Of a stretch of 64,000 nt of DNA, positions 23,430 through 39,600 are shown one piece after another. Numbering within the stretch: position 1 is the first letter of the stretch; the number at the start of each line of letters is the position of its first letter. The notes beneath the pieces are model-generated. The model was not told the DNA's origin. It made no database searches and saw nothing but the letters and a program-made list of their open reading frames with translations. Source of the stretch: Macrostomum lignano (lineage: Eukaryota); contig NIVC01000530.1 of NCBI GenBank assembly GCA_002269645.1, positions 434,001-498,000 of the forward strand. The letters run 5' to 3'. The translations under genes and the position numbers were made by a program.

Positions 23430-25391
23430 TTCATTCGAAAGCATGGGTACCTCAGTAATTGACAGCTCGGTGACTCAATCTCAAGCACTGATTCGGAAGC
23501 AGGTATCTCGGTAATTGACAGCTCGGAAGAAATCTTAAGCACCAATTCGGAAACAGGTATCTCGGTAATTGACAGCTCGGTGACTCAATCTCAAGCACTG
23601 ATTCATTCGGAAACAGGTACCTCGGTAATTGACAGCTGGGTGACTCAATCTCAAGCACTGATTCATTCGGAAACAGGTACCTCGGTAATTGACAGCTGGG
23701 TGACTCAATCTCAAGCACTGATTCATTCGGAAACAGGTACCTCGGTAATTGACAGCTGGGTGACTCAATCTCAAGCACTGATTCATTCGGAAACAGGTAC
23801 CTCGGTAATTGACAGCTGGGTGACTCAATCTCAAGCACTGATTCGGAAGCAGGTATCTCGGTAATTGACAGCTCGGAAGAAATCTTAAGCACCAATTCGG
23901 AAACAGGTATCTCGGTAATTGACAGCTCGGTGACTCAATCTCAAGCACTGATTCATTCGGAAACAGGTACCTCGGTAATTGACAGCTGGGTGACTCAATC
24001 TCAAGCACTGATTCGGAAGCAGGTATCTCGGTAATTGACAGCTCGGAAGAAATCTTAAGCACCAATTCGGAAACAGGTATCTCGGTAATTGACAGCTCGG
24101 TGACTCAATCTCAAGCACTGATTCATTCGGAAACAGGTACCTCGGTAATTGACAGCTGGGTGACTCAATCTCAAGCACTGATTCATTCGGAAACAGGTAC
24201 CTCGGTAATTGACAGCTGGGTGACTCAATCTCAAGCACTGATTCATTCGGAAACAGGTACCTCGGTAATTGACAGCTGGGTGACTCAATCTCAAGCACTG
24301 ATTCATTCGGAAACAGGTACCTCGGTAATTGACAGCTGGGTGACTCAATCTCAAGCACTGATTCATTCGGAAACAGGTACCTCGGTAATTGACAGCTGGG
24401 TGACTCAATCTCAAGCACTGATTCAGAAACAGGTACCTCGGTAATTGACAGCTGGGTGACTCAATCTCAAGCACTGATTCGGAAACAGGTACCTCGGTAA
24501 TTGACAGCTGGGTGACTCAAAAAATCTCAAGCACTGATTCGGAAACAGGTACCTCGGTAATTGACAGCTGGGTGACTCAATCTCAAGCACTGATTCGGAA
24601 ACAGGTACCTCGGTAATTGACAGCTGGGTGACTCAATCTCAAGCACTGATTCGGAAACAGGTACCTCGGTAATTGACAGCTGGGTGACTCAATCTCAAGC
24701 ACTGATTCATTCGGAAACAGGTACCTCGGTAATTGACAGCTGGGTGACTCAATCTCAAGCACTGATTCGGAAACAGGTACCTCGGTAATTGACAGCTGGG
24801 TGACTCAATCTCAAGCACTGATTCGGAAGCAGGTACCTCGGTAATTGACAGCTGGGTGATTCAATCTCAAGCACTGATTCGGAAACAGGTACCTCGGTAA
24901 TTGACAGCTCGGTGACTCAATCTCAAGCACTGATTCATTCGGAAACAGGTACCTCGGTAATTGACAGCTCGGTGACTCAATCTCAAGCACTGATTCATTC
25001 GGAAACAGGTACCTCGGTAATTGACAGCTGGGTGACTCAATCTCAAGCACTGATTCGGAAACAGGTACCTCGGTAATTGACAGCTGGGTGACTCAATCTC
25101 AAGCACTGATTCGGAAGCAGGTACCTCGGTAATTGACAGCTGGGTGACTCAATCTCAAGCACTGATTCGGAAGCAGGTACCTCGGTAATTGACAGCTGGG
25201 TGATTCAATCTCAAGCACTGATTCGGAAGCAGGTACCTCGGTAATTGACAGCTCGGTGACTCAATCTCAAGCACTGATTCGGAAGCAGGTACCTCGGTAA
25301 TTGACAGCTGGGTGACTCAATCTCAAGCACTGATTCGGAAGCAGGTACCTCGGTAACTGACAGCTGGGTGACTCAATCTCAAGCACTGATG
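23417..25391. repeat. 56-60-bp minisatellite starting in the last codons of the Syt7-like gene
   Basis: (TCTCAAGCACTGATTCATTCGGAAACAGGTACCTCGGTAATTGACAGCTGGGTGACTCAA)n. Confidence 0.95.
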
Positions 25392-26799
25392 CAGAGAGTT
25401 TGCTAATGTAATTGCAGCTCATGCTGGTAATGTGACTCAAACTAGCAAAGAAGAATTACAGTATGCAAGGAATTAATCATACTCTTGTGTCCTTGACGTC
25501 AATAAACTAACAGGCCTCTCTCCTGTCCATCTCAGGGTGCTCATGTGTCTTGCGGCTTCTATTTCGCTAATTAAAGCTTGCGGGCCCCGCACATTTTTGT
25601 TCCTGTACGAGTTAGTTGGACTGTCCATCGTCCAGTGTTCCATTTCTGCCGGAGTGAGCACTTGCACCTGTCAGTCAGTTACCACGCTCCGCTGGACTGG
25701 GAGCAAATCATTTTTTTGTAGATCAATATACCCGTACTACATGAGCGCTACAATGTAAAACAATGCTTGCTACCTGCTCTTGTTTCTTCATGTCGCTAAA
25801 CTGATCCAACATACTTATAGTTGGCTATCATAAAAGTATATTGCGCATAGATGCCTTTTCTACATGCATATATAGTGCATGCAAATTTATACAGAGGAAT
25901 TTGGTAAAAAATTATGGGAAGAGGGAGACAGGGTTGTGAGATAAAAAGAGCGCTAGAAGCAGGACTTTGTTCGCTGGTGGTCTTGATAAAGAGAGGTTGG
26001 AGATTAAGAGGTGAGAAAGAGAGAGGAGGAGAGCAGAGAAAGCAGAGAGGAAGGCAAAGAAAACGGATAAGGATAAAAAACGTGTGAAGTTAGAAAGTTT
26101 CAGAGGGAGAGAGGAAGAGGGAGCGAAGTATTGAAGTGGAAGGGGTAGAGAGAGGAGATTGTGGATAGGGAGAGGGGAGAGGGGAGAGAGGGTAGAGAAG
26201 AGAGAGGTGGGAGAGGGTAGAGATGGGGGAGGAAGAGAAGATATAGAGAGGGGAGAGGGCGGATAGGGAGAGGAGAGAAGGAGAGAAGGTAGAGAGGGGA
26301 GAGAGAATTGAGATGTGTGTAGGTCGTCGCAGCTAAGCCAGCAAAACTCTGTAGCTAGCAGTAACCATTGCATAAGTACTCGACTTACAGTAGTAACAGG
26401 GGGCAAAAAGCACTTTACAGTTGCCATGCCAGCGTTGAATGCAGATTCAAGGAGTCCCAAACGAGAGAGGTGAATGATGAAAAGAAAGGGAGAGTGGGCA
26501 GTCCCTCTCTAACGAACTGCCTGACTACCTTTGCAGAATTGGGAAAATTAAATTACAGCTCAGGCCGTCCGGTTGCGTCCCTGTGTAGTTTAGTGTAGAC
26601 TCAGCTGCTGCGCGCCATCAAGTGTATTAATTTACTTCATTTGCCATCGCTTCGCGCTTGGATAGTGAAAAACAAATGTAATGTTATATAGTAAGCATAG
26701 TTTACTATGAACCATGAATTCGCGTAATATAATGCTCATAATCTGATTTCTGTTCCTTCCTATTTTGTTCTTTTTGAATTGTTTTCAAAAATTGTGTTT

Positions 26800-27200
26800 T
26801 CCAATCTGTTAGACAAAACAGCATCAAACCTGTTAGATACAACAGCTTCAAACCTGTTAGATACAATAGCCTCAAACCTGTTAGATACAACAGCTTCAAA
26901 CCTGTTAGATACAACAGCTTCAAACCTGTTAGATACAACAGCTTCAAACCTGTTAGACAAAACAGCATCAAACCTGTTAGATACAACAGCTTCAAACCTG
27001 TTAGACAAAACAGCATCAAACCTGTTAGATACAACAGCTTCAAACCTGTTAGACAAAACAGCATCAAACCTGTTAGATACAACTGCATCAAACCTGTTCG
27101 ATACAACAGCTTTAAACCTGTTAGATACAACAGCTTCAAACCTGTTAGATACAACAGCATCAAACTTGTTCGATACAAAAGCATCTAATCTGTTAGACAT
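26800..27200. repeat. 24-bp minisatellite
   Basis: (AAACCTGTTAGATACAACAGCTTC)n. Confidence 0.92.
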
Positions 27201-27631
27201 CATGACAACAATAACTAAATTGTCTAAAATATCTAGCAAAAATGAGTAAATTTAATGAAACAAAAGCATTAGTAAGCAGAAGCCTATCTTTGCAGACTTG
27301 TTTTGTACTTTAGTGTCACAAAGCGCTTATACCTGCAAAGTCGAATTTGTAAATTAGCAAAGTGTTGTATACTTTCACTTTTATAAGTCTCTCAAGAATA
27401 CATCTACAGATATATGCTCTGAAACAATCTGTGGTGACCTCTAAAAAATAAAGCGCAATGCCCTTGATGTGATAATAGGTAAGCATCTTACTTATTTTGA
27501 AAAAACGGACAAAAGGTCGCAGCATGGTGAGCAAAAAGCTTTAGAAAAAAGTACAATACTTTAACCAGCGTTGAACTAATTGTCAGATAATTCGCACACT
27601 TGCATAATCCTATTTACTGTGTTTTGAATTG

Positions 27632-28900
27632 ATGCCAATCCTCATGACCATAGAGGAACCAATCCTCATGACCAGAGAGGAACCAATCCTCATGACAATA
27701 GAGGAACCAATCCTCATGACCATAGAGGAACCAATCCTCATGACCATAGAGGAACCAATCCTCATGACCAGAGAGGAACCAATCCTCATGACCATAGAGG
27801 AACCAATCCTCATGACCATAGAGGAACCAATCCTCATGACCAGAAAAGAATCAACCCTCATGACCATAGAGGAACCAATCCTCATGACCAGAGAGGAACC
27901 AATCCTCATGACCAGAGAGGAACCAATCCTCATGACCATAGAGGAACCAATCCTCATGACCAGAAAAGAATCAACCCTCATGACCATAGAGGAACCAATC
28001 CTCATGACCAGAGAGGAACCAATCCTCATGACCAGAAGGGAACCAACCTCAATGACTAGAGAGGAACCAACTTCAATGACTAGAGAGGAACCAATCCTCA
28101 TGACCATAGAGGAACCAACCCTCATGACCAGAGCGGAACCAATTCTCATGACCAGAGAGGAACCAATCTTCATGACCAGAGAGGAACCTCATGACCAGAG
28201 AGGAACTAACCTCAATGACCAGAGAGGAACTAACCTCATGACCAGAGAGGAACTAACCTCAATGACCAGAGAGGAACCAACCCTCATGACCAGAGCGGAA
28301 CCAACTCTTATGACCAGAGAGGAACCAATCTTCATGACCAGAGAGGAATCTTATGACCAGAGAGGAACTAACCTCAATTACCAGAGCGGAACCAACTCTT
28401 ATGACCAGAGAGGAACCAATCTTCATGACCAGAGAGGAATCTTATGACCAGAGAGGAACTAACCTCAATTACCAGAGCGGAACCAACCCTCATGACCAGA
28501 GTGGAACAAATCTTCATGACCAGAGAGGAACCTTATGACCAGAGAGGAAATAACCTCAATGACCAGAGAGGAACCAATCTTCATGACCAGAGAGGAATCT
28601 TATGACCAGAGAGGAACTAACCTCAATTACCAGAGCGGAACCAACCCTCATGACCAGAGTGGAACCAATCTTCATGACCAGAGAGGAACCTTATGACCAG
28701 AGAGGAAATAACCTCAATGACCAGAGAGGAACCAATCTTCATGACCAGAGAGGAATCTTATGACCAGAGAGGAACTAACCTCAATTACCAGAGCGGAACC
28801 AACCCTCATGACCAGAGTGGAACCAATCTTCATGACCAGAGAGGAACCTTATGACCAGAGAGGAAATAACCTCAATGACCAGAGAGTAACCGATCTTAAT
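27632..28900. repeat. 24-bp minisatellite grading into a 158-bp higher-order repeat
   Basis: (CCAATCCTCATGACCAGAGAGGAA)n; the variant AGAGGAATCT recurs at 28433, 28591 and 28749. Confidence 0.9.
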
Positions 28901-29078
28901 GACCAAGAGCGGAATCTGAGCTGCATGACTGAATAATAATCTTCTAAACTTGATTCCCAGCACAATCGCAAAAGAAAAATTGACAACATAAAAATATGCG
29001 AAATCTTTAATCTAGTGTCCTTCATTGCACAGCAACTGAAATCAACCAAGTGAGGAGGAAATTATTACATTATCAGCA

Positions 29079-30721
29079 TCACAGCAGACAGCACGCCGAA
29101 GTCGCGAGTTCGAATCGCCGACTCGAAGCGACGCCAGCTGCTCGAGTTTTTTCGGCGGCGGCGGCTCGCAGGCCGCACAGCATCGCCTTGCCGCTCTTCT
29201 CCAGGTGCACGCGCCTGTTCAAGCCGTACACGTGCAGCCGGTGTCGGCGCATCGGTGGCGGCGGCAGCGGTGGTCGAATTCTCTGATCTTCTTCTAAACC
29301 GATTCTCGATGACGCGGTCGGGGTCGGTGGCGTCGGCGCGGACTCGAGCCAGCCGAAGTCACAGCAGCAGACGGGAATGCGGCGAACCGAATGCCGCTGA
29401 AGCAGCAGGCGGGTGCTGGCCGATCGGCAGCCGGAAGCCAGGAGGCGATGTCGGGCGAGTAGGAAGTCGCTGGCGACCGACAGGCCCGGTGGACAGCCGG
29501 CCGGCAGGCGGACTGTTGGGCCCGTCTTGGTCGAATGGGTATCGGCAGGATTTTGGAGCAATGCAATTTTTCATTGGTTTAACGGCCTCGAAAGTGAATA
29601 AAAAGTAGCGCGTGCTGGTGCCCTCAGCGAGGACACAACTACAGACAGACGCCCTCAGCGAGGACACAACTACAGACAGACGCCCTCAGCGAGGACACAA
29701 CTACAGACAGACGCCCTCAGCGAGGACACAACTACAGACAGACGCCCTCAGCGAGGACACAACTACAGACAGACGCCCTCAGCGAGGACACAACTACAGA
29801 CAGACGCCCTCAGTGAGGACACAAGGACACATACGTACAGGCGTAAGCACACCCACAGACGAAAAGTATGAGAGCAAGCACTTCATTAACCTGACGATGG
29901 ACAATGCACCCGTCGGCTTCAGTGAGCTTGTGAGACGGCAGCTCTGTACCATTGAGCACCACGTAGTCCACGGCCAGTGTCCAGGTCACGTGCACCAGCT
30001 GGTAGCGCTTCAGCCGGCCAGAGCCCGCGCATTCCAGACATTCAACGCCGACTGCGCGACCGCGGCAGGCCGGGCAACGAATCGATCCGCGGCCGGAGCA
30101 GACCAGACAGCGCAGCGGGTCGTCGATCGTCGACGATGAGCGTCGAACAGACGAGCAAGTCGACGTTGACGAGGAATGATTGCTGTACGATGCTCGGCCG
30201 AAGCCGCAACCGCCGCCGATGCCACCGCCGCCGCTCCCGCCGCGGCACCCGTAGCAGGCGATGCTGCCTTTTCGTCGGCACCTGCGGCAAGCCGTGTAGC
30301 CGACGCCGTAGCAGCGCGGACAGGCGAAGGCCTCCTCGCTGTGCGGCAGCGACAGCAGGCACTCGGCCTCGCTGAACGGCTCCGGCAGCGGGCGCTTGAG
30401 GTCCCAGGTGTCCGGCGGGTCGCCCTCCAGCCGACTGTCGAGGCGGCCGCCCATGTAGGGCATGAATCGGTCCTGGACGGTGTGGCATTCGAACCAGCTG
30501 GCCAAGGTGTACACGAACGCCTCCGAATAGCCGATGCCGGTGAGGCTGAGCGACTTCATCGCCGCCCCGGCTGGGTAGCACCAGCAGCACCACCGGCTGG
30601 TGAGGTGCTCCGACAGCAGCTCGCGAAGGTCGTCCTCAGTGAGGAAAGACTGGCGCTGATCCTGCTGATGGCGACGCTGAAGCTGCTGGTCATCGTCGCA
30701 ATTTTCCTCTTCGACTTCCAT
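29079..30721 (-). CDS. SSUH2: SSUH2-like protein (DnaJ-type CxxCxGxG zinc repeats, C-terminal CaaX-like CCLL)
   Basis: Exon ~29890-30721 has LTEDDLRE, WDLK..PF, LPHS, CPRCYGVG, CLVCSGRG, CPACRGR and CLECAGSG. Exon ~29079-29530 has LLLQRHSVRRIP and LHVYGLNRRV. Internal splice sites approximate. Confidence 0.75.
29620..29824. repeat. 31-bp minisatellite in SSUH2-like intron
   Basis: (CAGACAGACGCCCTCAGCGAGGACACAACTA)n. Confidence 0.92.
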
Positions 30722-31639
30722 CGTTTCCGCAATTGTCTTTGATTTTCAATCGACTCTGGTCTCTCTCTATATATATATAGCTAGACAGATTTATTCAACG
30801 AAAGACGAGTGGGCGTCTTCAGTTTTGTTGAATCGAGTGGAATGCGAGGTCTGACTCGGGCCCGTCTCGAACCCGCCTACACCTCTCTCTCTCTCCCTGG
30901 CTCTGCCTCTGGGTCTCTCTTTCTCTCGGCGAAATCGATAATTTCCTGCTCACCTTGCAGGTATAAGTGGTGGGTGGCCTTCTACTAGTATTTTGGCTCA
31001 GTCTATCCGTTCTGCTCTGGCTGCTGCCTGCCTGCCTGTCTCTCTTTCATTCTCTCTCAACTCGCTTGCAACCCCTTTTGTAGCCTTAGATGCAGGATTG
31101 CAGTTTGATGCGGGCAGCAGCTGCGGCTCCCATGCAGCTCCCAGCCTGGCAGCATGGGCTGGCTGGGATAGGGGGAGCGAGGTGGAAGAGGGGTGGCTCA
31201 GTCCTGGGGTTGGCCCCCGTGAGGCGAGACAGTTTTCCCATTCTCACCGCCCGCTCCCCTCTCTTGCTCAGATCCCCATCAAGACTTCACAATGCGGTCG
31301 GCCGTCAATATATGAAACGGCTGAGTTGAGTGCTAGGCTTGAGTACCCTAACCTCTCTACTATTGTGCGCTCAATCAGCCACCGTCAGCCTATCCCGACC
31401 CCCTCTGCCGAGATTCCTTGCATCCGGGTACAAGGTAGACAAAAGGCGGCGGAGACTGTGAGCGGGGGTGGGCAGGAACAGCCAGGACCCGATCAAAATC
31501 TGAGAGGCCACGGAGCTGCGCTAAAAAACTCTCCTTTTCTCCCCCCACTATAGCCCTGATCCATGCAATCCCGCTAACCTTAAAATATCGGCACTCTTGC
31601 AAGGAGACACCGTTTGGCGTATGCTTGAGAATGAGGGAG

Positions 31640-31640
31640 G

Positions 31641-31736
<96 letters not shown>

Positions 31737-31739
31737 AGG

Positions 31740-31825
<86 letters not shown>

Positions 31826-31910
31826 GAGAAGGAGAGAGAGAGAGAGAGGGAGAGAGAGGGAGAGGGAGAGAGAGAGAGGGGGAGAGAGAGAGAGAGAGAG
31901 TTGAGAGAGT
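31640..31910. repeat. (GA)n microsatellite
   Basis: Direct reading of the sequence. Confidence 0.95.
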
Positions 31911-32109
31911 TGAGAATGGGATTTACGCATATATTACATGCTAATAATTAATTGCTTAGCTGCATTCAAATATTATAGTTTTATGAGTGCATTGTGTCCA
32001 CAAGCTTTGTGTGTCTTGTTTCGATAGAAGAGCTTATTTGCGTCTTTGTGTATTGCCGATGATGTTTATCTATGTATTGTTGTCTTGCTGATGGTCTTAT
32101 AAATGTATT

Positions 32110-32985
32110 TGTGTCTTTGCCGAAAGGCGCGTTTATTCATGAATTTGTGTCTTTGCCGAAAGAGGTGTTTATTAATGAATTTGTGCCTTTACCGAAGGGG
32201 GTGTTTATTAATGAATTTGCGTCTTGCCGAAGGGGTGTTTATTCATGAATTTGTGTCTTGCCGAAGGGGGTGTTTATTCATGAATTTGTGTCTTGCCGAA
32301 GGGGTGTTTATTCATGAATTTGTGTCTTGCCGAAGGGGGTGTTTATTCATGAATTTGTGTCTTGCCGAAAGGGGTGTTTATTCATGAATTTGTGTCTTTG
32401 CCGAAAGAGGTGTTTATTAATGAATTTGTGCCTTTACCGAAGGGGGTGTTTATTAATGAATTTGTGTCTTGCCGAAGGGGGTGTTTATTCATGAATTTGT
32501 GTCTTGCCGAAGGGGTGTTTATTCATGAATTTGTGTCTTGCCGAAGGGGTGTTTATTCATGAATTTGTGTCTTGCCGAAGGGGTGTTTATTCATGAATTT
32601 GTGTCTTGCCGAAAGGGGTGTTTATTAATGAATTTGTGTCTTGCCGAAGGGGGTGTTTATTCATGAATTTGTGTCTTGCCGAAGGGGGTGTTTATTCATG
32701 AATTTGTGTCTTGCCGAAGGGGGTGTTTATTAATGAATTTGTGTCTTGCCGAAGGGGGTGTTTATTCATGAATTTGTGTCTTGCCGAAGGGGGTGTTTAT
32801 TAATGAATTTGTGTCTTGCCGAAGGGGGTGTTTATTCATGAATTTATGTCTTGCCGAAGGGGGTGTTTATTCATGAATTTGTGTCTTGCCGAAGGGGTGT
32901 TTATTCATGAATTTATGTTATTGCCGAAAGGGGTGTTTATTAATGAATTTGTGCCTTTACCGAAGGGGTGTTTATTCATGTATTT
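32110..32985. repeat. ~35-bp minisatellite
   Basis: (TTTATTCATGAATTTGTGTCTTGCCGAAGGGGGTG)n. Confidence 0.93.
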
Positions 32986-33444
32986 TTATGTCTGCATCGG
33001 CTTTGCTTTGAGGGTTAAATACGGACATGAGTAAGCATTTTTATGAGCATAAAGATATCGATATTTTACAAGAAAGGAATGTTTTTATTGATGAATTCAA
33101 CTTTCAGAAAGCTGTGCGTAGTATTTGCAGCGCCATGCCACAAGTGCACAAAAAGGCGAGGTTCATGCACCTGGTGTTTAAATCAATTTTCCTAACTCAG
33201 GTAGCTTTTTCAAAAAGAGCTTTTTACCCAGGGAAAATTTATTGCCGCATTGATTAAAGCTCTTCCCAGTGACACCGCCCACGCAATGACATCAATTTTG
33301 TTGCTAAAGCAAACAGCTCCAGACCTCGTCGCTAAGTCCAAAATTACCAGCCTTTTGGATTTGGTTAATTTTTGCATAGAAATTTGATGATGAATAATAA
33401 TCAAAGAATGTGCGTATCTACCTACTGCTGATGACTATTTGAAC

Positions 33445-35205
<1,761 letters not shown>

Positions 35206-35554
35206 TCAATAGCTTGTAGGTATTCTCTAAACACTTTAGTTACCTTTCAGTAGTCTGAACATATTGAAACAAATCCTGTTTGACTTTGCGTGGGCGTGTC
35301 TCTTTAGTCTTAACCAATGATTTAAAGCCCGGGCGGTATACCAAATAAATAAAAAGTCGACAGCAGCAAAGTAAACATTGCGAACAATAGAAGCCCAATT
35401 CCTAAATGTGGTGGCAATAAAATCGGACTGGGCAGTGGGCTTTTCGAGAGATTTATTAGGGTAAACCACAGTCAAAAGGTAATTAGAATGTAAAACTGCT
35501 CACTTGGTCTTGATCAATCAACAATATTTTTATTTGAGCCTCTACGTTCTCTAG

Positions 35555-35763
<209 letters not shown>

Positions 35764-36529
35764 TCGATGGACCCTGTCTTTATTTTCTGCTGCCCGATTT
35801 TATTCAGATTGTTATGCATTGTAAACGTTTGCAATGCCCACCAGCACACGTAACCACTCGTTCACAATACTGGCAATAGCTAATGCTACGATGGAACATC
35901 CCGTAGATTGGACTCCAAAGTCGAGAGGGCATACTTCAGCTACATGTTTAGCAGGGCTAATATAGACCCAGTGATCCTCGGATCTGGGAGTTTCCCAATC
36001 CTCATTTACAGCAGCAGCCCACGCTCCATCTTTAGAATCGAGCCAGCTGGCTTCCAACAGACCGCAAGCTGCAGTTAAGCCGAAGTCAAATGCCCTGGAT
36101 TTGCCTAGCATTTCCAGACTGAAAAGTGCTCATCTAATCCGCGCGGGAAAGAAGGAGAAAGGATAAATAATCGCATGGATTAACTGTAGCGTCAAATGCA
36201 TTATAGCGACAAGCTATAGAGATCAGCTAGGCCGAGGATCTGGCCAAAACGAAAACGAATTTTACTTAGCAAATACGGAGATAAAGTTGCAGACATAGTT
36301 ATACTCATACGAAGAATTAAAGGGAAACGAGAGTGAACACATTTTGTAGTTTAGTTAGACTTGCAGTATGCGATAAAATAGGCAAACTATTCCAAAAACA
36401 TTTGGCCTATGCTCGTACATGAGCAAAATTGAGGGAGCAAATTATAAACCGCATGTACACAGCGACAACTGAAGCAGAAGGACGCTAAACTGCATTTTCT
36501 TAGAAATTATTTGGAGGCCGGTCACTCGC

Positions 36530-36935
36530 TGTTGGTGTATCACTCCCTGCATTGATGTGTAACTCCCTGCATTAGTGTCATGATCCCTGCACTGGTGTGT
36601 CACTCCCTGCAACTGGTGTCACTCCCTGCATTGGTGTATCACTTCCTACACTGGTGTGTCACTCCCTGCACTGGTGTGTCACTCCCTGCACTGGTGTGTC
36701 ACTCCCTGCACTGGTGTGTCACTTCCTGCACTGGTGTATCACTCCCTGCACTTGTGTAGTATCACTCCTTGCACTGGTGTATCACTCCCTGCACTAGTGT
36801 CACTCCCTGCACTGGTGTATCCCTCCCTACACTAGTGTAGTATCACTCCTTGCACTGGTGTATCACTCCCTGCACTAGTGTGTCACTCCCTGCACTGGTG
36901 TATCACTCCCTACACTAGTGAGTCACTCCCTGCAC
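36530..36935. repeat. ~20-bp degenerate minisatellite
   Basis: (CACTCCCTGCACTGGTGTGT)n. Confidence 0.88.
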
Positions 36936-38522
36936 TTTTATATGGTATGTATACGAGCGTACATGGGTAGATTTAATGAGATTTCCACCGTTTTATGTAC
37001 ATGTATGTCACTGTCTGTATTGTCCTGGTAGCTCAGTCCCAGTGATCGAGCGCGGCGCTATGATGTGCCTGCGGCCCAGGCTCGATTCCAAGTGCAGTCA
37101 CATTAATTTGGGGCTAAATTGGAATCTCGGCTTGGCTCTGCTCGTGCAATTAAGGGCCTTGAAAGCCAACCCAAGGCACAGTGAAGTGTACATGCCTAAC
37201 AATAAATAAAGTTAGGGCCGCTGTACACTGTGCCTGGGCAGGTAGGTCGGTAAAATGGGTAGTAATGCCTCTCGCCGGTCGTGTCACTTAATGTCGCTTG
37301 AAGGGGATAGCGACGTTTGCCTGCGGGACGTTTGCCAGCCAACATTAAGTCAGTGAGTGAAAATACTGAAATATTCGCAGTTTAGCGGATTGAAAAAAAG
37401 TTTTTCTAGTCCAACTTTTTGACGGTTATTCGCACGTATAAAAATTCGAAAACAAAATCTATACAAATTATGCAGTTCATCAATCTAGCATCTAGTTTAA
37501 CAACAATTTCTTTGAATGTGAAAACATTATAAAGTTTACTTCTGACAGTTTTGTATCGCTTTTCCCAGTTTGAGATGTTTGATTTCTGATTTGCGAATCA
37601 AAGTTTTGGGCAAATAAAAGACCTGCTGAACGATAATTCTGGCTTATATATTTATTTCCCAGTTCATTTGGAGATCCAAAAGTAAGCGAATTAATTCCAG
37701 TGCAGCTTGTCAAGTGCACGCTGTCATGGCCAAACTCCGTTAAGCAGAGTTTGGCTTTTGAGTTAAGTATATATATGCGAGACTAAGCCAATACCATTAT
37801 GGATGTCTCAGTCTTTTCCCATTTAGCCTGTTTGGCCACATGAGATGGAAAAGGCCATTCCATGGCATACATAGACATCAACTATGACGATGGAAACTCC
37901 TATTTTGTATTTTTAATTTACCTTTCTTTTTAGGCAGACAAGAGCAATAACTTCAATAAGCCTGAACAGTAGTTTGTTAGTAACCTGTATATATTTAATA
38001 GCAGTAGTAGGGAGCGAGGTGAAATTAGATTAGTGCTGTGCCGACAGTTTTCAAATGCAAGTACATGTAAGCCTAGAGAGGGCATTACTTCTTTAACCAA
38101 TTGCCGCCTGCAAATGTCCGCTGGTAAACGTCGTCTGGCAAACGTCGGCTGGCAAACATCCCACAGGCAAACATCCCACAGGCAAACGTCCTGCAGGCAA
38201 ACGTCCCGCAGGCAAACGTCCCGCAGGCAAACATCCCGCAGGCAAACGTCGGCAGGCAAGCGTCGTAGACCCGCTTGAAGTGCGCAAGGGTGCACAAAGC
38301 CCCCTGACTTTAACTGGTCCAACAAACTGAAAGGCACAAATAATCAAAAATAGTTGAAGCAATTAATAGAGTTTTATAGAAGTTTAACAAATATTGATAA
38401 ATGCGAAAGCAGAACGAACGATGGCGAAACGGAAACGGGTTTATTGAAGAATTACCTTGAGATTAAGATAAGATATATACAAATACACCTTAAAGAAGGC
38501 GTGTCCTTCATCAATGGCATCA

Positions 38523-39525
<1,003 letters not shown>

Positions 39526-39600
39526 TCAGTCAGACTTATTTAACTACTACAAGTAGGCAGGATGCTATTATTGAATTTCAACTCATTGTCAGCAAATCAA

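Noticed and set aside
29050-30742. Multiple overlapping ORFs around the SSUH2-like gene
   Set aside because: Shadow frames of GC-rich coding sequence.
30993-31553. 186-aa plus-strand ORF
   Set aside because: TTG start and no recognisable domain; may be UTR, promoter or TE remnant.
35812-36111. 99-aa minus-strand ORF in unique sequence
   Set aside because: No recognisable motif or partner exons; could be an exon of an unidentified gene but cannot be supported.
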